From the NCBI GenBank assembly GCA_002633005.1, contig NMRA01000078.1, positions 629,868 through 693,867 on the forward strand: 64,000 bases of DNA. Direction: 5' to 3'. The position numbers were made by a program, and so were the translations under genes. Below are positions 49,171-60,663 of the stretch, piece after piece. Under the pieces are notes generated by a model. It was not told the origin of the DNA, did no database searches, and saw only the letters and a program-made list of their open reading frames with translations. The stretch is from Phoronis australis. Its lineage: Eukaryota; Animalia; Phoronida. The first letter of the stretch is position 1; the number at the start of each line of letters is the position of its first letter.

Positions 49171-51402
49171 AGAGTTCCAACCTTGACCTTGCGTCTCAAA
49201 AAGAATTTTTAATACATCTTTAGAGATTTAATAGCATTTAGTATACCTGTTGGTAAGAAACAAGGCAAAAATTTTTAGAGAAGTATTTTTTTGTTATCCG
49301 GTTTGTGCGTAATGGGTCTCCGCCGTTGTTTTTACCAGTGAGATACTGAGGAGTTATGAGGAAATCCGCCGAGAGCCGTCTTTTTCAGACATCAAGTGAG
49401 TTGGCTGCAACATAACTGAAAACCTCTCTGTGTTCGGATTTCCAAAGGACGTGAAAGTTGCACAGAAATGGCAACGATTTGTGCGCGGTGGAACATGTGA
49501 TCAGTCGGGAGCCACACTTTGTTCGGCATATTTCAGACAAGGAATTGTGTTTCAACCAAACACAAAAGCGGAGTTACAATGAAGGACTCGCCACCTTGTA
49601 AGTGTATTTCCAAATTTTATAAATAACGAACAAACTGCTTCCTTCTAGAGCGAGTGATGCCAAGTCCTCGACCGCGGTCCAGATCGAATGATACAAACAC
49701 GTTAGCTTATACATCAATGCATTGTGTGTAGACCGTGCTAATAGCTCACTTTTTTCGCTAGTCAATGTGACGTCACCGGAAGGGGGTTCAAAACCCGCCA
49801 TATTGCTCTTGTTTTGCCCCGAGTCTTTGCTACACACGCTAAATCTTACTGGAGTTCTTGTGGTGAATTTTACGCTTAAAACGTTATCACAACATAAGAG
49901 ATGGTAGATGGGTCGTGGAATAACTGTGAATGGACGAAGAAAATCTGATTTTTTTATGTTGTGCGAAGCTGTGAACGGACTGAAATTGAAACTCAACCCG
50001 CTCTAGGCCTGAATGCCGCAGGCATACAGCTTTCCAGGGGCGATAGCATATCTCCATAAAAACTTACTCACTTCAAAATACAGCAAGTAAAATCAAATGA
50101 AACATGCATATGTGCACATGGAGTTATAATTAACACATACCCTAACTCTGGATACAATTTAGTCTACAAATAACTTGAACATATCCATGAAAACAGCGGT
50201 TCGCTCTAGTTTCTCTCACCGGGCGCTTTTTTGAGGAAGTTACGTGAAATCACGCATGTTGACGAACAAAAAGTCCAAGGGACACAAATGTTACACTTGA
50301 TATTTTCTCATGCTATTTTACAAGAGTCAGGCGCCAGGTCTCTCGTTTTGCTCAGTCTCGCGCTAGACTTTGCCTTATACTCACCTGACTCAGTTGAAAT
50401 ACTTTGTGGTTATCGCGCGCGCGGTCTAAGTTAACAGTAACCACAAAGTGGAGTTTGAATTCTTCGCCAAAGTCACCTGAATTCCCGTAGTTATGCTTCA
50501 TCGAAGATATATTTAGAAGCAGAAAGGATCACTGCAGAAAGTAAGCGCCTTTTTAGGTGACGATTTTAGGTGTAAAATGTATTTTTAACGAGGTGAAAAC
50601 TTAATCAGTGAGCGAATTTCGCCTACCGCCCGTTTAAAATACACCGTACGAAATTAGTAAAGAACGCGATAGAACGTATTGTAGTGCGAATCTGAATTTC
50701 ATTTGCCATAACAGCAATGCTTATTTGGCATTTTTTTGAAGAAAATAACAGAATACGCTCTGCTAGTATTGGGCAAATGGCCAAACGACAAGCTTTTGCC
50801 CCACTTCCCTTGACGTCACAGTTAAGTCTCGGATAATCTCGCGTTATTGTTATAAACTCGAAAAAAGACTATTCTATCATGGCAACAGTGATTACGAGTG
50901 ACCCAGGTTTACTGTGACCTTTTTCAGTAATTATTAACTGTCTGTTTTGTGAATATTGATCACCTTTGGTTCAGTTGGTTGTGGCTCACATACGTCTGCG
51001 GCATTTCTCCTGCAAGTGGATCGAGTTCATGTGGTTTCAAAGGCAACGAAATTTTGTTAAGTGGCAAATCAAATTCGTTGTCTGGTTCTTGTAGTGCCTG
51101 ATTATGATACTCGCGCTGTCCTCTTTCTTTGCATAAGAATTGTACAATTTCCGTTAAAAATCGCCATCGTCTTCTGATCTGCTGTGCTCCGTCATTGCAG
51201 TTGCCGAGTTGCCAATTGACGAAACGTCTGCCACCATTACATCATTTGGCGGAAAACTTGGAAATAACAATTTTTTCTTCAAATTTAAAAAGTTCATAAC
51301 TATTTATCATACAAAGCTGTTATTTAGTTAGATTTTATAGTATCCATTTCATATTAGCTTACTGAAACCTCCAAACCTAAACAAAAGCATGGTGGGAACT
51401 CT
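49171..51402. mobile_element. Second Kolobok-like copy carrying a nested ~1.1-kb insertion (~49741-50870)
   Basis: Begins agagttccaacc and ends tggtgggaactct|TTAA; colinear with 39640-40546 on both sides of the insert. Confidence 0.75.
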
Positions 51403-52542
51403 TTAAAGCGGAGGAGTCACGTGGCTCAATCGGATGTCCCAAAAGTGAGATAAAACCAAAACGAAATGATTTCATAAAAAGTTGTAACAGCGTTTTGAGG
51501 TTCCATCTCGAACCTTTGTCTGAAAACAAAATTCAACCATGTTACTAATACGTTGTTTTCCTATGAATGGTTCTCACTTATTTCGATCAAGTTTGACACA
51601 TATACTTGGTTATGTGATCTAACTAATTGCAGTTTGGAATAAAATTAAAAAAACACTACGTCTACTTTTGTATTTATATTTATGTTTAAGTTCTCTATAT
51701 TCTCCGTACTGTAGAACTAGCTTGTATTTTAGCTCTGTATTTTTATTTCGTAGATTTTAAATTTGTCGGATAATAGCACTTGTGCTTACGTTTCATTGTT
51801 AAATCTCACCGACTTTTAAATAAAGATTATTACTACATTACTACTACAAGGCTAAAAATCGTTCATAGTCTGCCATTTTTTCACGATGTTGTAAAGCTAA
51901 CCAATGACTGTCGGGGTTACATCAACCAACGCGAAAGCGCGTACCACTGCGTGACACCTGCGTGCTGACTAGGCACGGAGGGGAACAGCGAGTAATATAA
52001 TAAGCCTTTAAAGGCGAAGGCAACCTTTTTTCATGTCATTTTTAGCAAAAATAAGGTTCGTTGATTATCCCAGACATAATTGTCACTTATTTACTGCTTT
52101 TCGTAATTCAATTAATTACTCGTCGTCTACTCCGAAAGTGACGTTTTGGGAGGCAAGAATTTCGCGCCAATTTCTTTTCATATAGTCTGACTGTGAGAGC
52201 AGTCGGGTCAGTCATTGTTCTACCTCGGTTGTGATAAGTTCGGTCGCCGTTTGCTTTTGCTTACGAGTCAGTCAACATGCCACGCTGTTGCTGCGTACTG
52301 GGGTGTACTCATTATCGTCTCGCGTACAGACGAAGAACTATCCCACTTGCCCGAGTGTCCCGCGACACACTCCCACTGGAGGGTGTTCTGAGCACCCAAA
52401 CTGCTTACATCCCGCCGTGGGACTCCCTCGCCACACACCTGGCACCTTCTAAATAGCTCCAATACAAGTCCACAATAAACTTATCAAACTTAGGCTCACC
52501 GATCTGTTCATTGGATGACGAACTGTCCTCTTCACTGGGTGT

Positions 52543-52703
52543 NNNNNNNNNNNNNNNNNNNNNNNNNNNNNNNNNNNNNNNNNNNNNNNNNNNNNNNNNN
52601 NNNNNNNNNNNNNNNNNNNNNNNNNNNNNNNNNNNNNNNNNNNNNNNNNNNNNNNNNNNNNNNNNNNNNNNNNNNNNNNNNNNNNNNNNNNNNNNNNNNN
52701 NNN
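52543..52703. other. Assembly gap (161 N)
   Basis: Run of N. Confidence 1.
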
Positions 52704-53397
52704 ATGCCTCTGTAACTACGGGATAACGAATCAGAATTTGGAAGTTTTTTTGTGAAATCCTCCTTTTCTGAAGTTGCTTTGATTTTTGAGAACATTAATG
52801 ATGGCTTAGAAAATATGTGGTCACATGACTGTTGACAGCTGGGCATGATTTTTTTAGTAATTACTTTGTGTGATTAACGAGTTCTAGGAAATATCCTATT
52901 TCATTTGGTAAAGATTGCATTTAAAATTTGCATTGAAAATACAAGCTATTTTTTTACTGATATAAAGGCAAAATGTAAGCAGTTTCCATTAAACTGTTAG
53001 AAACCCAACTTCCGCTAAGAAAAGCTTTTGATTCATATCAAACTTTGATAGGAATGTTTAGCATGACATCATTTTGACGTCATTAAGACGTCTTGGACCC
53101 AGTGTGATTACATAATTATTATTCCCGGGTTCAAATTGTGTCATCTACTGCCATGACACGTCATCACTAAATATCCGCGTCATGAAACTGGCCCTAGATG
53201 GTTCCTTTTTAAATTAGAAGGGTTAAGTAGGAACTGTCAGTTTGCTGTGGCTTGTTACGTATCCAACAAGAGACACTACAATCACTTTCTGTTGTTTCCC
53301 ATCGTGGTCTCAAAACGGAACACAGTATCCACAGCATTGTCCAATGCCATGTGTTCTATACCTGAGTGCCTCTACTCATTCTATGCTGGTCTTACAG

Positions 53398-53542
53398 GGC
53401 TTAGAGAGTGAACCTCGGAGTGGTACTGAGAATGGCCAGGGCAACCCCGTTCCGGAGGATGAAATCGTGGGAGATGAGCTATCCATGCAAGAGATGTGTA
53501 AGGTCAACGTCAAGGCAGTCGCGACGCTGGACGAATATAGTG
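53398..53542 (+). CDS. Paralog B cytoplasmic exon 1 (GLESEPRSGTENGQGNPVPEDEIVGDELSMQEMCKVNVKAVATLDEYS)
   Basis: ttacag| and G|gtaggc, phase 0-1; homologous to A 14732-14879. Confidence 0.85.
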
Positions 53543-54107
53543 GTAGGCGAGACTTGTTTTGCATGCGCGCACCCAGCCTTTAATATGGGGAGCTCGAATT
53601 TCCGACGACGTGGACCTTTTACCGACAAAAGAGGCCAAAGGACTGAAAAAATAAAAAAATAAATAAAGTAGGTACCACGTCCAGAGCTGCGCATTGTGCC
53701 TTTGCGCCTTTTTAGTGGACTTTTTGTGTCGTTATCTGGGACTTTTTTGTTTCTCTGAGGCGGACCTTTTCTCCACTTCGCCAACTGGGCGATCAAACTC
53801 TCTGCCTGGCCACGCCCACCGTAGTACTATTGGGGCAGTTCCACAAACATAAAACAAATGTGGCACAAGAGCACTTCCACAGTTAGACCAATGCAATCAA
53901 CTGAGTGACCCATCTGTCACTCATTTTGCGTTGGCCATAACAAGCATGTCTAGGATTGCTTACAAATGAGATCTTTTGACGTGACTTTGCGACACAGGTT
54001 GAATTTCAGCTCCGGTAATGGAGAAGTGATGTGAGCAATTTTGCTATTTTGCATTTTTAAAAATGCTCTTTTTGTCATCGTCTGTGACCTTAGTAATGCG
54101 TTTGCAG

Positions 54108-54181
54108 GTTGGGTGGTGCCAATGGATGAGATGTGTGTTGAAGAAAAAAAGGCGTCTGAAACGGAAGATACTAGACTGTAA
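54108..54181 (+). CDS. Paralog B last coding exon (GWVVPMDEMCVEEKKASETEDTRL*), class I PDZ-binding C-terminus
   Basis: tttgcag|GT TGG GTG GTG CCA ATG GAT ... GAT ACT AGA CTG TAA; 74 nt as in A. Confidence 0.85.
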
Positions 54182-55770
54182 CTGTGGTGACGAATTTCCG
54201 TCATAGTGAATTTTGTTACGAGATTTTCTTTGTTCTAAAGTCGCTTGATTGTAATTTTGTAAATATCGCGTGTGCATAATATTCATATCTTTGTTGAGTT
54301 TGCGTGGAAGTCGTTACGTGCAATTTGGAGTGGAATACATATCGCGGTTCTAAGGCTTGTCGTGAATTACTTCAACTTTTAACTCACTGGTACTACATGC
54401 AGATATGAGTCACCATTTTTGTTATTTGCAAGTCACCGTGTTCATTTTATGTATAATTTCTACATTTGTAGTGCCAAAGACCCTTTATTTGTTTTGTCAA
54501 AATGCTATTAAACAGATCTGCTACAAGAATTTGCCAAACATTGGATTTGCCGTTTTAATCCATAACCTCTCTGACTCGTATTTCTAGTATGATATTTCCC
54601 GACATGTTATTTTCTATTTTATTTCTTGTTTGCCACCCAAATAACGAGATCGCAATTTCCAGTTGTTACGAACTGATAGCTGGTATCTTAGGATAATAGC
54701 CAATTCCTTGAAGCAGTCAGAAAATCAAATGTAATTTTGCATAACGCACATGCAACATCTCTTCCAGACAGCCGGTATTACTGGTACTGGTTGCAGAAGT
54801 TAGTTAAAGCTTTATTCCTCCGTGCTGTTCGGTTTAATTTCAGAAGGTCGTTACTTTTAATCTTTTAAACCCACACCATGTCGGACTACATCCTACGCTT
54901 GTCATTTTGCGCAGTTACTCAAAAAAGGTAACTGGAATTCTTGATAAATTTCTCGAGGTATTCAATCTTTGAAAAAATTATGTCATGTGGAACAACTGAA
55001 GAAATTGTATGCGCTTTATTTCTGGCCATTCCCTCAGCAATGATTTTTTGCAATTTGACGTGCTGAGTTGGTGCACCAAGTTCAACTTTGTTAATACATG
55101 TATGTTATAAATTATAGTTTTGTACATGCTAATGATAGTTAAGGTTCTTATAGTTGTTATAACTGCATTGTGCATTTGAATTATTACATCATTTAGTTGG
55201 ATAATGAGATATTTACTGGCAATGGTATGAAAGATTTTGCTGGCCTGTAAATTGTTTATTATAACATGTTCTTATATAAAGTGTTGCCGTTTGCGTCACA
55301 GGAGTAGTTAAGTGAAAGAGACTTGCACTGTTACTCCCTCGGCGCGAGGACGGATCATTACAACTTTCCTTCCTTCAGTTATCATTCCAGTGAAAAGTGT
55401 CGCAGGGGTAGGAATCTCGCTAGCACAGTTAGTGTTGTTACGTGTTTCGCTTGCAGTGCGTGGCAATAATGACGTCTTGCGAAATCTTGCGAATTCTTGC
55501 TTTTTTGCAAGAAAGTTGGATTACGGAGCGCGTGCCAAATAGAGGCGCGGTAGCACAACATCTAAAGATACCAAACCCGCGATTTTGGCGAATTCCCAGA
55601 TATCAACAATTACTTTCCATTCAGTCCTCAGAATCAAAATAATGCTCTGTAATTCTCGATAACCCTCAAGAGTTTGGAGGAATATTTGAAAACTGCTTAC
55701 AAAGTCTTGTAAACACGGAGCGTGATCTACGCTTTAAGGTGAGTTACACGACAACTGTGGAGAAAGACCA

Positions 55771-55965
55771 TCACATACATCTACAAATACACACTCACAT
55801 ACATACATACATACATACATACATACGTACACACATACATACACACATACATACATACATACCTACATACATACGCACATACATACATACATACATTCGT
55901 ACATAACTAAAAACATGCACATGAATACACAACTACATACCACCACATACACATATGTACATATG
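55771..55965. repeat. (TACA)n microsatellite, probably the 3' tail of the adjacent LINE
   Basis: Imperfect acat/taca run directly 3' of the minus-strand LINE relic. Confidence 0.9.
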
Positions 55966-56029
55966 AATAAAAAATAGTCTGATATGGGGATACTGGATGT
56001 AAAATTGCTAAACAGAACACATCTACGTG

Positions 56030-56720
56030 AAGTTAAATCTATTTCTTATAATTCTTCTAGAGGTTATAAAGGATGATGCAGATTTGGCATCTGCAGGGAG
56101 AGAGTTCCATAAATTGGACCCGCTGTAGGAACATGATTTTTCCCAGTTTCGTTTTTGGGTTTAGGAAGATTGAAATTTGATGATAATGAGGACCTAGTAT
56201 TGTAGCGATTAGTAGTCATCTTAAATTTAGCACTTAAGTACGTTGGGACAAGTCGTTTGAAACATTTGTACATACAACGAGCTGAAAGGAATTGATATCT
56301 TGTGTGTATTTTCATTATTCCAGTCTTTTTATGAAGGTTTTCGATGTTAATATCTCTAACACCAGCTCACAGAATAATCCGGGCAGCCCTATTTTGGATA
56401 ACTTCGACGGTTTTCATATCCTTGTCTGATGCAACGCCCCACACTGGGAGGCAATAATCTAAGTGAGGTTGAATGATAGCATTAAAAGGGTTTTCAGAGT
56501 TACTCTGTTCACAAATTTACTGATGCGTTTCAATACGCCAATTTTCTTTGACACCTTTTTCGAGACTTAATCAACGTGGTGAGAGAATTTAAGATTTTGA
56601 TCATATATCAGTCCAAGATATTCAAAGGAAATCACTTTCTCAGTTGGTCTTCCATCCATACTTAATGACAGGATTTGGTTTCTAAGTCTTCGGGACGTGC
56701 CAAATAAAGAGTTTTAGTTC
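56030..56720 (-). mobile_element. Degenerate CR1/L2-like LINE 3' fragment
   Basis: Minus-strand peptides IIQPHLDYCLPVWG and MYKCFKRLVPTYLSAKF..RYNTRSS..FNLPKPKNETGK are typical of the ORF2 C-terminus. Confidence 0.8.
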
Positions 56721-58707
56721 ACGTTCAAGCTACCTTGAAACGCCAATTAAGTCCTACTAGCTGGCCAAAATTTGCACATAGGGCAGTTACAACTTTACAT
56801 CGAATGCGTAATAAAGAGCAGTTCGACCTTCTACTGCTGCATCGCTTCCATCGCTCAAAATGACTCTGCAGATTGAATCTACAGTAAAAACATGCAAAGC
56901 CGAAACTTCCTTTCAGGTGGGATAAAGTTGAAAAAAGTTAATATGGTTTAGTTTATCAAATAAAATCTTATTTTGAAATGAAATAGTGGACTTATCGTAC
57001 TATAAAACATATCGAATTGAGAAAATGCAAGGCATCTAGAATCCTTCACAGCCAAATTCCTAAGTTCTACTCAAATGTTGGTCGTACAACTGAGGTCAGG
57101 TGCATAAAAACACTCTTTTTATCGTGAACCAACCTCAGAAGTTTTCAAAAAAGGAAAACATCGAAACTCGACAACTTTCACGCACAAAACAGTGACTAAA
57201 TATCCACTTCTTTTCCACGAAAACAATTCTCGGTGTCTCACCAGGCCATGGTGTTGCACCTCGCTCTAAGTTGCCTCCAGTGTCCATTAATTTCACAAAA
57301 AAATCATAATAGCGGCAAGGCAAAGTAACTTCATATTGGATTCTAGTATTGGACAAAAATGCTATTTAATCAATACAAAGGTTTGATTTAACGACGAGAA
57401 GTTCGTCCAAGTGTGGTAGGGTCTAATGGAGTTCTGTCGAAGCCTAGTTTATTTAGAAAACTACTGTACTGACGATTGGGAGCAAATGCACCTAAGTGGT
57501 AACCAAATATTGGTGTAAATTGTGGATTTAAAATGTTACCTCTAGGCCAATTATAAACGTAAAGAACGACACGCTAATGTTTGTGTTATAATTCTATATT
57601 ATACAAGCAGTCCTGCGCCTAATGTGACATGTAAGACTGACCAGTGACCATCATGATTATTACTTAGTAAAAGCATTGATCGTGTATAGCACAGGCTGAC
57701 GAATTTCCCAATGACTCATAGCCACACGTTTGATTACAGTGAGTTGTGTCAGTGGTAATCGAGGAGCAGATAAACTCAAGGGCCTGTGGTGCACAGTGTG
57801 AAACAGAAAGACAATCAATAGGATACAGTAAAATACATATTATTAAGAGCTGTGTAAAGACAATATAAGTTAAAACTAACAGTTGGGCGTGAAATCGAAT
57901 TAACTGGACCTGAAACAAATATTGTGCATGGCGTTTTTAAGCAATATCGTTGAGAATCCCTAAATCAAAAGTCAGTAGCAGGCGGACTAGCTGTCTATTC
58001 TGTGTTTAGTTCTGTAGAGCTGTGGCCTTCGGAAGGGCAAAATTAATGACATTTTACTGGTCGTTGTCACCTCCTAAAGAAGCATTTTGCCACCGCTAAG
58101 CTATCAACGTTGAATTCTTAACCAAAGCATTTCGGGGTTTGAAAGCATTGCAAGACTAATTTTTGAATCATTGACTCCAATTACAGGCAATGCAGACATG
58201 AGCCATATTGGAATTCACAATTTTAGAGTAAGCCAAGGCCAATAAAGTTTGATAACTTTTCTTGGGTAGCTAATTGTTTCTGAAATCCTTTCAGGGTAAG
58301 CAAATTGTGAGAACAATTTTATGAAAGTGAAAGGCCTAATTCGATTTTCATTTTTAGCCAGCTTTAGTAATAGTAAATCCCAGGAATCATTTGCATAGAT
58401 AAAAGCTTATGGCCATTCATGGAATCATGCGTTTCTTAGTTTTTGCGGATTCTGTACATTTTTCTTAAAGTTGCAGTCTTTCAAAACTTAAGGCTTGAGG
58501 CTACTTTAGATGCACGATTTTGTTGAAAAAAATTAAACTACCTTAAAGGCATCAAATGTTCAGTTAACAGTTCAAATGACCCCAACACTATTCCATACAA
58601 TGTACATGGCTTCAGAACAGCTTCAAGAGAGTCAAAATGAAGTTGCAACACAACACAGACCCACAAAGCAATGTTCAATTTGTTCAATGTGCTAATCAGT
58701 GCACAGT

Positions 58708-60663
58708 TCAAATATCAGCGTACTTGAACACCTTCACCTTACCACTAGAGTCCTCCAACACGGCCACTTCACCAGGACCAGTAACAGCAAGGTCAGTAGG
58801 ACAGCTGACGTCATCAAATGTAATGAGCACACGTGGGTGCTCTGACTGATCTGACATTAACACAACCTGGTTATTATTGTAGTCAGCAACAAGAATGTGT
58901 CCCCACTCATCAACACATACACCCCATGGATATGCACTCAGTCCTTCACTGAATGTTTTTACTATGACTGACTGTTTGTAGTCAATAACGTGTACACAAC
59001 CTTGACCATGATCACTCACCACCAGATGTCCCTCTTTGTCTACACACACATACAATGGTGAGAATGCACTCAGTCCAAGTGACACCTTAGTGATCACTTT
59101 ATTAATGTTACATTCAAAGTCAGCAATAAGAAGTCGTCCACAACCACCACGATCTGTCACAATAATCTGGTCATCATGACATGTGATACCACTCTCACCA
59201 CTACACACATTGGGTGTGACCTTCATCACCTGACCCTTACTATTGTACCTCACCACACCACCAATACTACTATATGTAACAAATATATCACCCCCATCAG
59301 TACATGTTACACTCCTCGGGTACTGTAGGTTATGTTGACCACGACCCATCTGAAACACTAAACTACCACTAGACCTGTCAAAGACTTTAACTTGATGACT
59401 ATTGAAAAATGTAGCAATCAACCAATCATCATTCAGTGTCAGGCCACAACGGAGATCATTGTACTCCCCTACATTCTGCGAGTTGAGCATATCGTAACTG
59501 TGCACTAGTGCCACTTTCTCCCTTATAACAGGCTGATGACGTATCTCTGACACCCACAATGCAACACGCTCTTTCTCATGCTCTGTCAATGTCTTTCTTG
59601 TCAAATCAGGGATTGCCAAAGTGCTCGGATGCTGTCTGAACACTGGTTTGATCACATCTTTTTCCATCTTCCGAATGTCTAGGTTATCGAGTCGCGCTTT
59701 AATGTCCTGAAATTGTTGCAGTTTTTCAACATCCTGTGCAGAGTCGAGGATTTTCTGGCAATATTTCAAAGTGCTACTTATGTTCACTCTGCTGAACTCA
59801 GCTTCATTGTACGCCATCTCAGCTTGTTTGCGGGCTTTTGCGATCTCCACTTTCAGTTCCTCAATTGACTGATTCATCTTTGATTCAATTTCAACCAAAA
59901 TGTCCTCTTTAAATGTGTTGTACACTTGTTGTATTTCGTTAATCAACCGTTCTTCCTCTTCAACAAGATTGTCTAAAACTTTCTTCCGTTCTGCAGACAA
60001 CATAATGGAATGATCTGAAGCCACTGTCCAGGGCTTCAGTAAACCTTTCATGACTTCACCAGCTTCCTCCGCAGCTTCTTCTAGATTTTTCAACTCGTGT
60101 TGTTTATGTTCAAGCATTGCGCACAAGAGACAAAGAGGTTTTACGCAATTTTTGCAGTAAATCTCCAACGTCTTCTTGGCGTGTTTTGAGCAGTGAATTT
60201 GCTGAAACTGGCGAATTTCCTCCAAGTGCTGACCGCTCCTGACTTCCTCCAAACTGACCACATGGTGTTCGACAGTCAGTTTAGTTAAACAATGAATATC
60301 CGCACATCGTTGACACAGGTGGTCCCTACACTGAATGCACATAGAGGTAGCCGAGTTGTCGGCGCCTTGAAGCTTACAAAAGTCACATTTGACTTCGGAC
60401 ACTACTGGGAATAACTCACTAATCTGTATCAGGTAGAAGTTAGGTTTGAACCCTGTCACGCCATCTGGTGGAACCTTGAACAACAATGTGCACACTGGAC
60501 AAGGGAAGGAGCCGTCTTTTTGTTTTTCGTCCATGTGTTGCCCAATGCATTTTCCACAGAACGAGTGGAGGCATGGTAAACAGCGTGGATCTGTGATACG
60601 TTCCAGACAAATTGGACACTCTAGTGTTCGCTGAAAGTTTTCTTCGTCAGAGCATTCAGCCAT
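58708..60663 (-). CDS. TRIM-NHL family E3 ubiquitin ligase (RING, B-box1, B-box2, coiled coil, NHL beta-propeller), 651 aa, single coding exon
   Basis: CPICLERITDPRCLPCLHSFCGKC..CPVC (C3HC4 RING); CDFC..CIQCRDHLCQRCADIH; CSKH..IYCKNCVKPLCLLCAMLEHKQH; charged heptad region; repeats P.GVCVDEWGHILVADYNN. The likely start is the ATG at 60663, 3 nt after an acceptor (ttttttattacag), not the ORF-track start at 60786. Confidence 0.93.
   Translation of the reverse strand: MAECSDEENFQRTLECPICLERITDPRCLPCLHSFCGKCIGQHMDEKQKDGSFPCPVCTLLFKVPPDGVTGFKPNFYLIQISELFPVVSEVKCDFCKLQGADNSATSMCIQCRDHLCQRCADIHCLTKLTVEHHVVSLEEVRSGQHLEEIRQFQQIHCSKHAKKTLEIYCKNCVKPLCLLCAMLEHKQHELKNLEEAAEEAGEVMKGLLKPWTVASDHSIMLSAERKKVLDNLVEEEERLINEIQQVYNTFKEDILVEIESKMNQSIEELKVEIAKARKQAEMAYNEAEFSRVNISSTLKYCQKILDSAQDVEKLQQFQDIKARLDNLDIRKMEKDVIKPVFRQHPSTLAIPDLTRKTLTEHEKERVALWVSEIRHQPVIREKVALVHSYDMLNSQNVGEYNDLRCGLTLNDDWLIATFFNSHQVKVFDRSSGSLVFQMGRGQHNLQYPRSVTCTDGGDIFVTYSSIGGVVRYNSKGQVMKVTPNVCSGESGITCHDDQIIVTDRGGCGRLLIADFECNINKVITKVSLGLSAFSPLYVCVDKEGHLVVSDHGQGCVHVIDYKQSVIVKTFSEGLSAYPWGVCVDEWGHILVADYNNNQVVLMSDQSEHPRVLITFDDVSCPTDLAVTGPGEVAVLEDSSGKVKVFKYADI

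Larger units (their letters stand above)
30385..54181 (+). other. Gene model paralog B: CD34/podocalyxin-like long-stalk mucin; 10 exons found, TM exon not visible
   Basis: Exons 30385-30433, 32643-32789, 34436-34743, 35330-35402, 41341-42932, 43510-43572, 44377-44548, 45624-45691, 53398-53542 and 54108-54181 join in frame (2691 nt, 896 aa plus stop, without a TM exon) and end in EDTRL*. Confidence 0.8.

Noticed and set aside
52232-52486. Possible LTR (TGATAAGT...AATAAACTTATCA) beside the gap
   Set aside because: No target duplication, primer-binding site or second copy visible; cannot be supported.
53950-54286. Similar ORFs at 53950-54286 (-) and 24335-24799 (+), first read as a repeat-encoded protein
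   Set aside because: They are the antisense strand of the podocalyxin-like last exon and its inverted copy.
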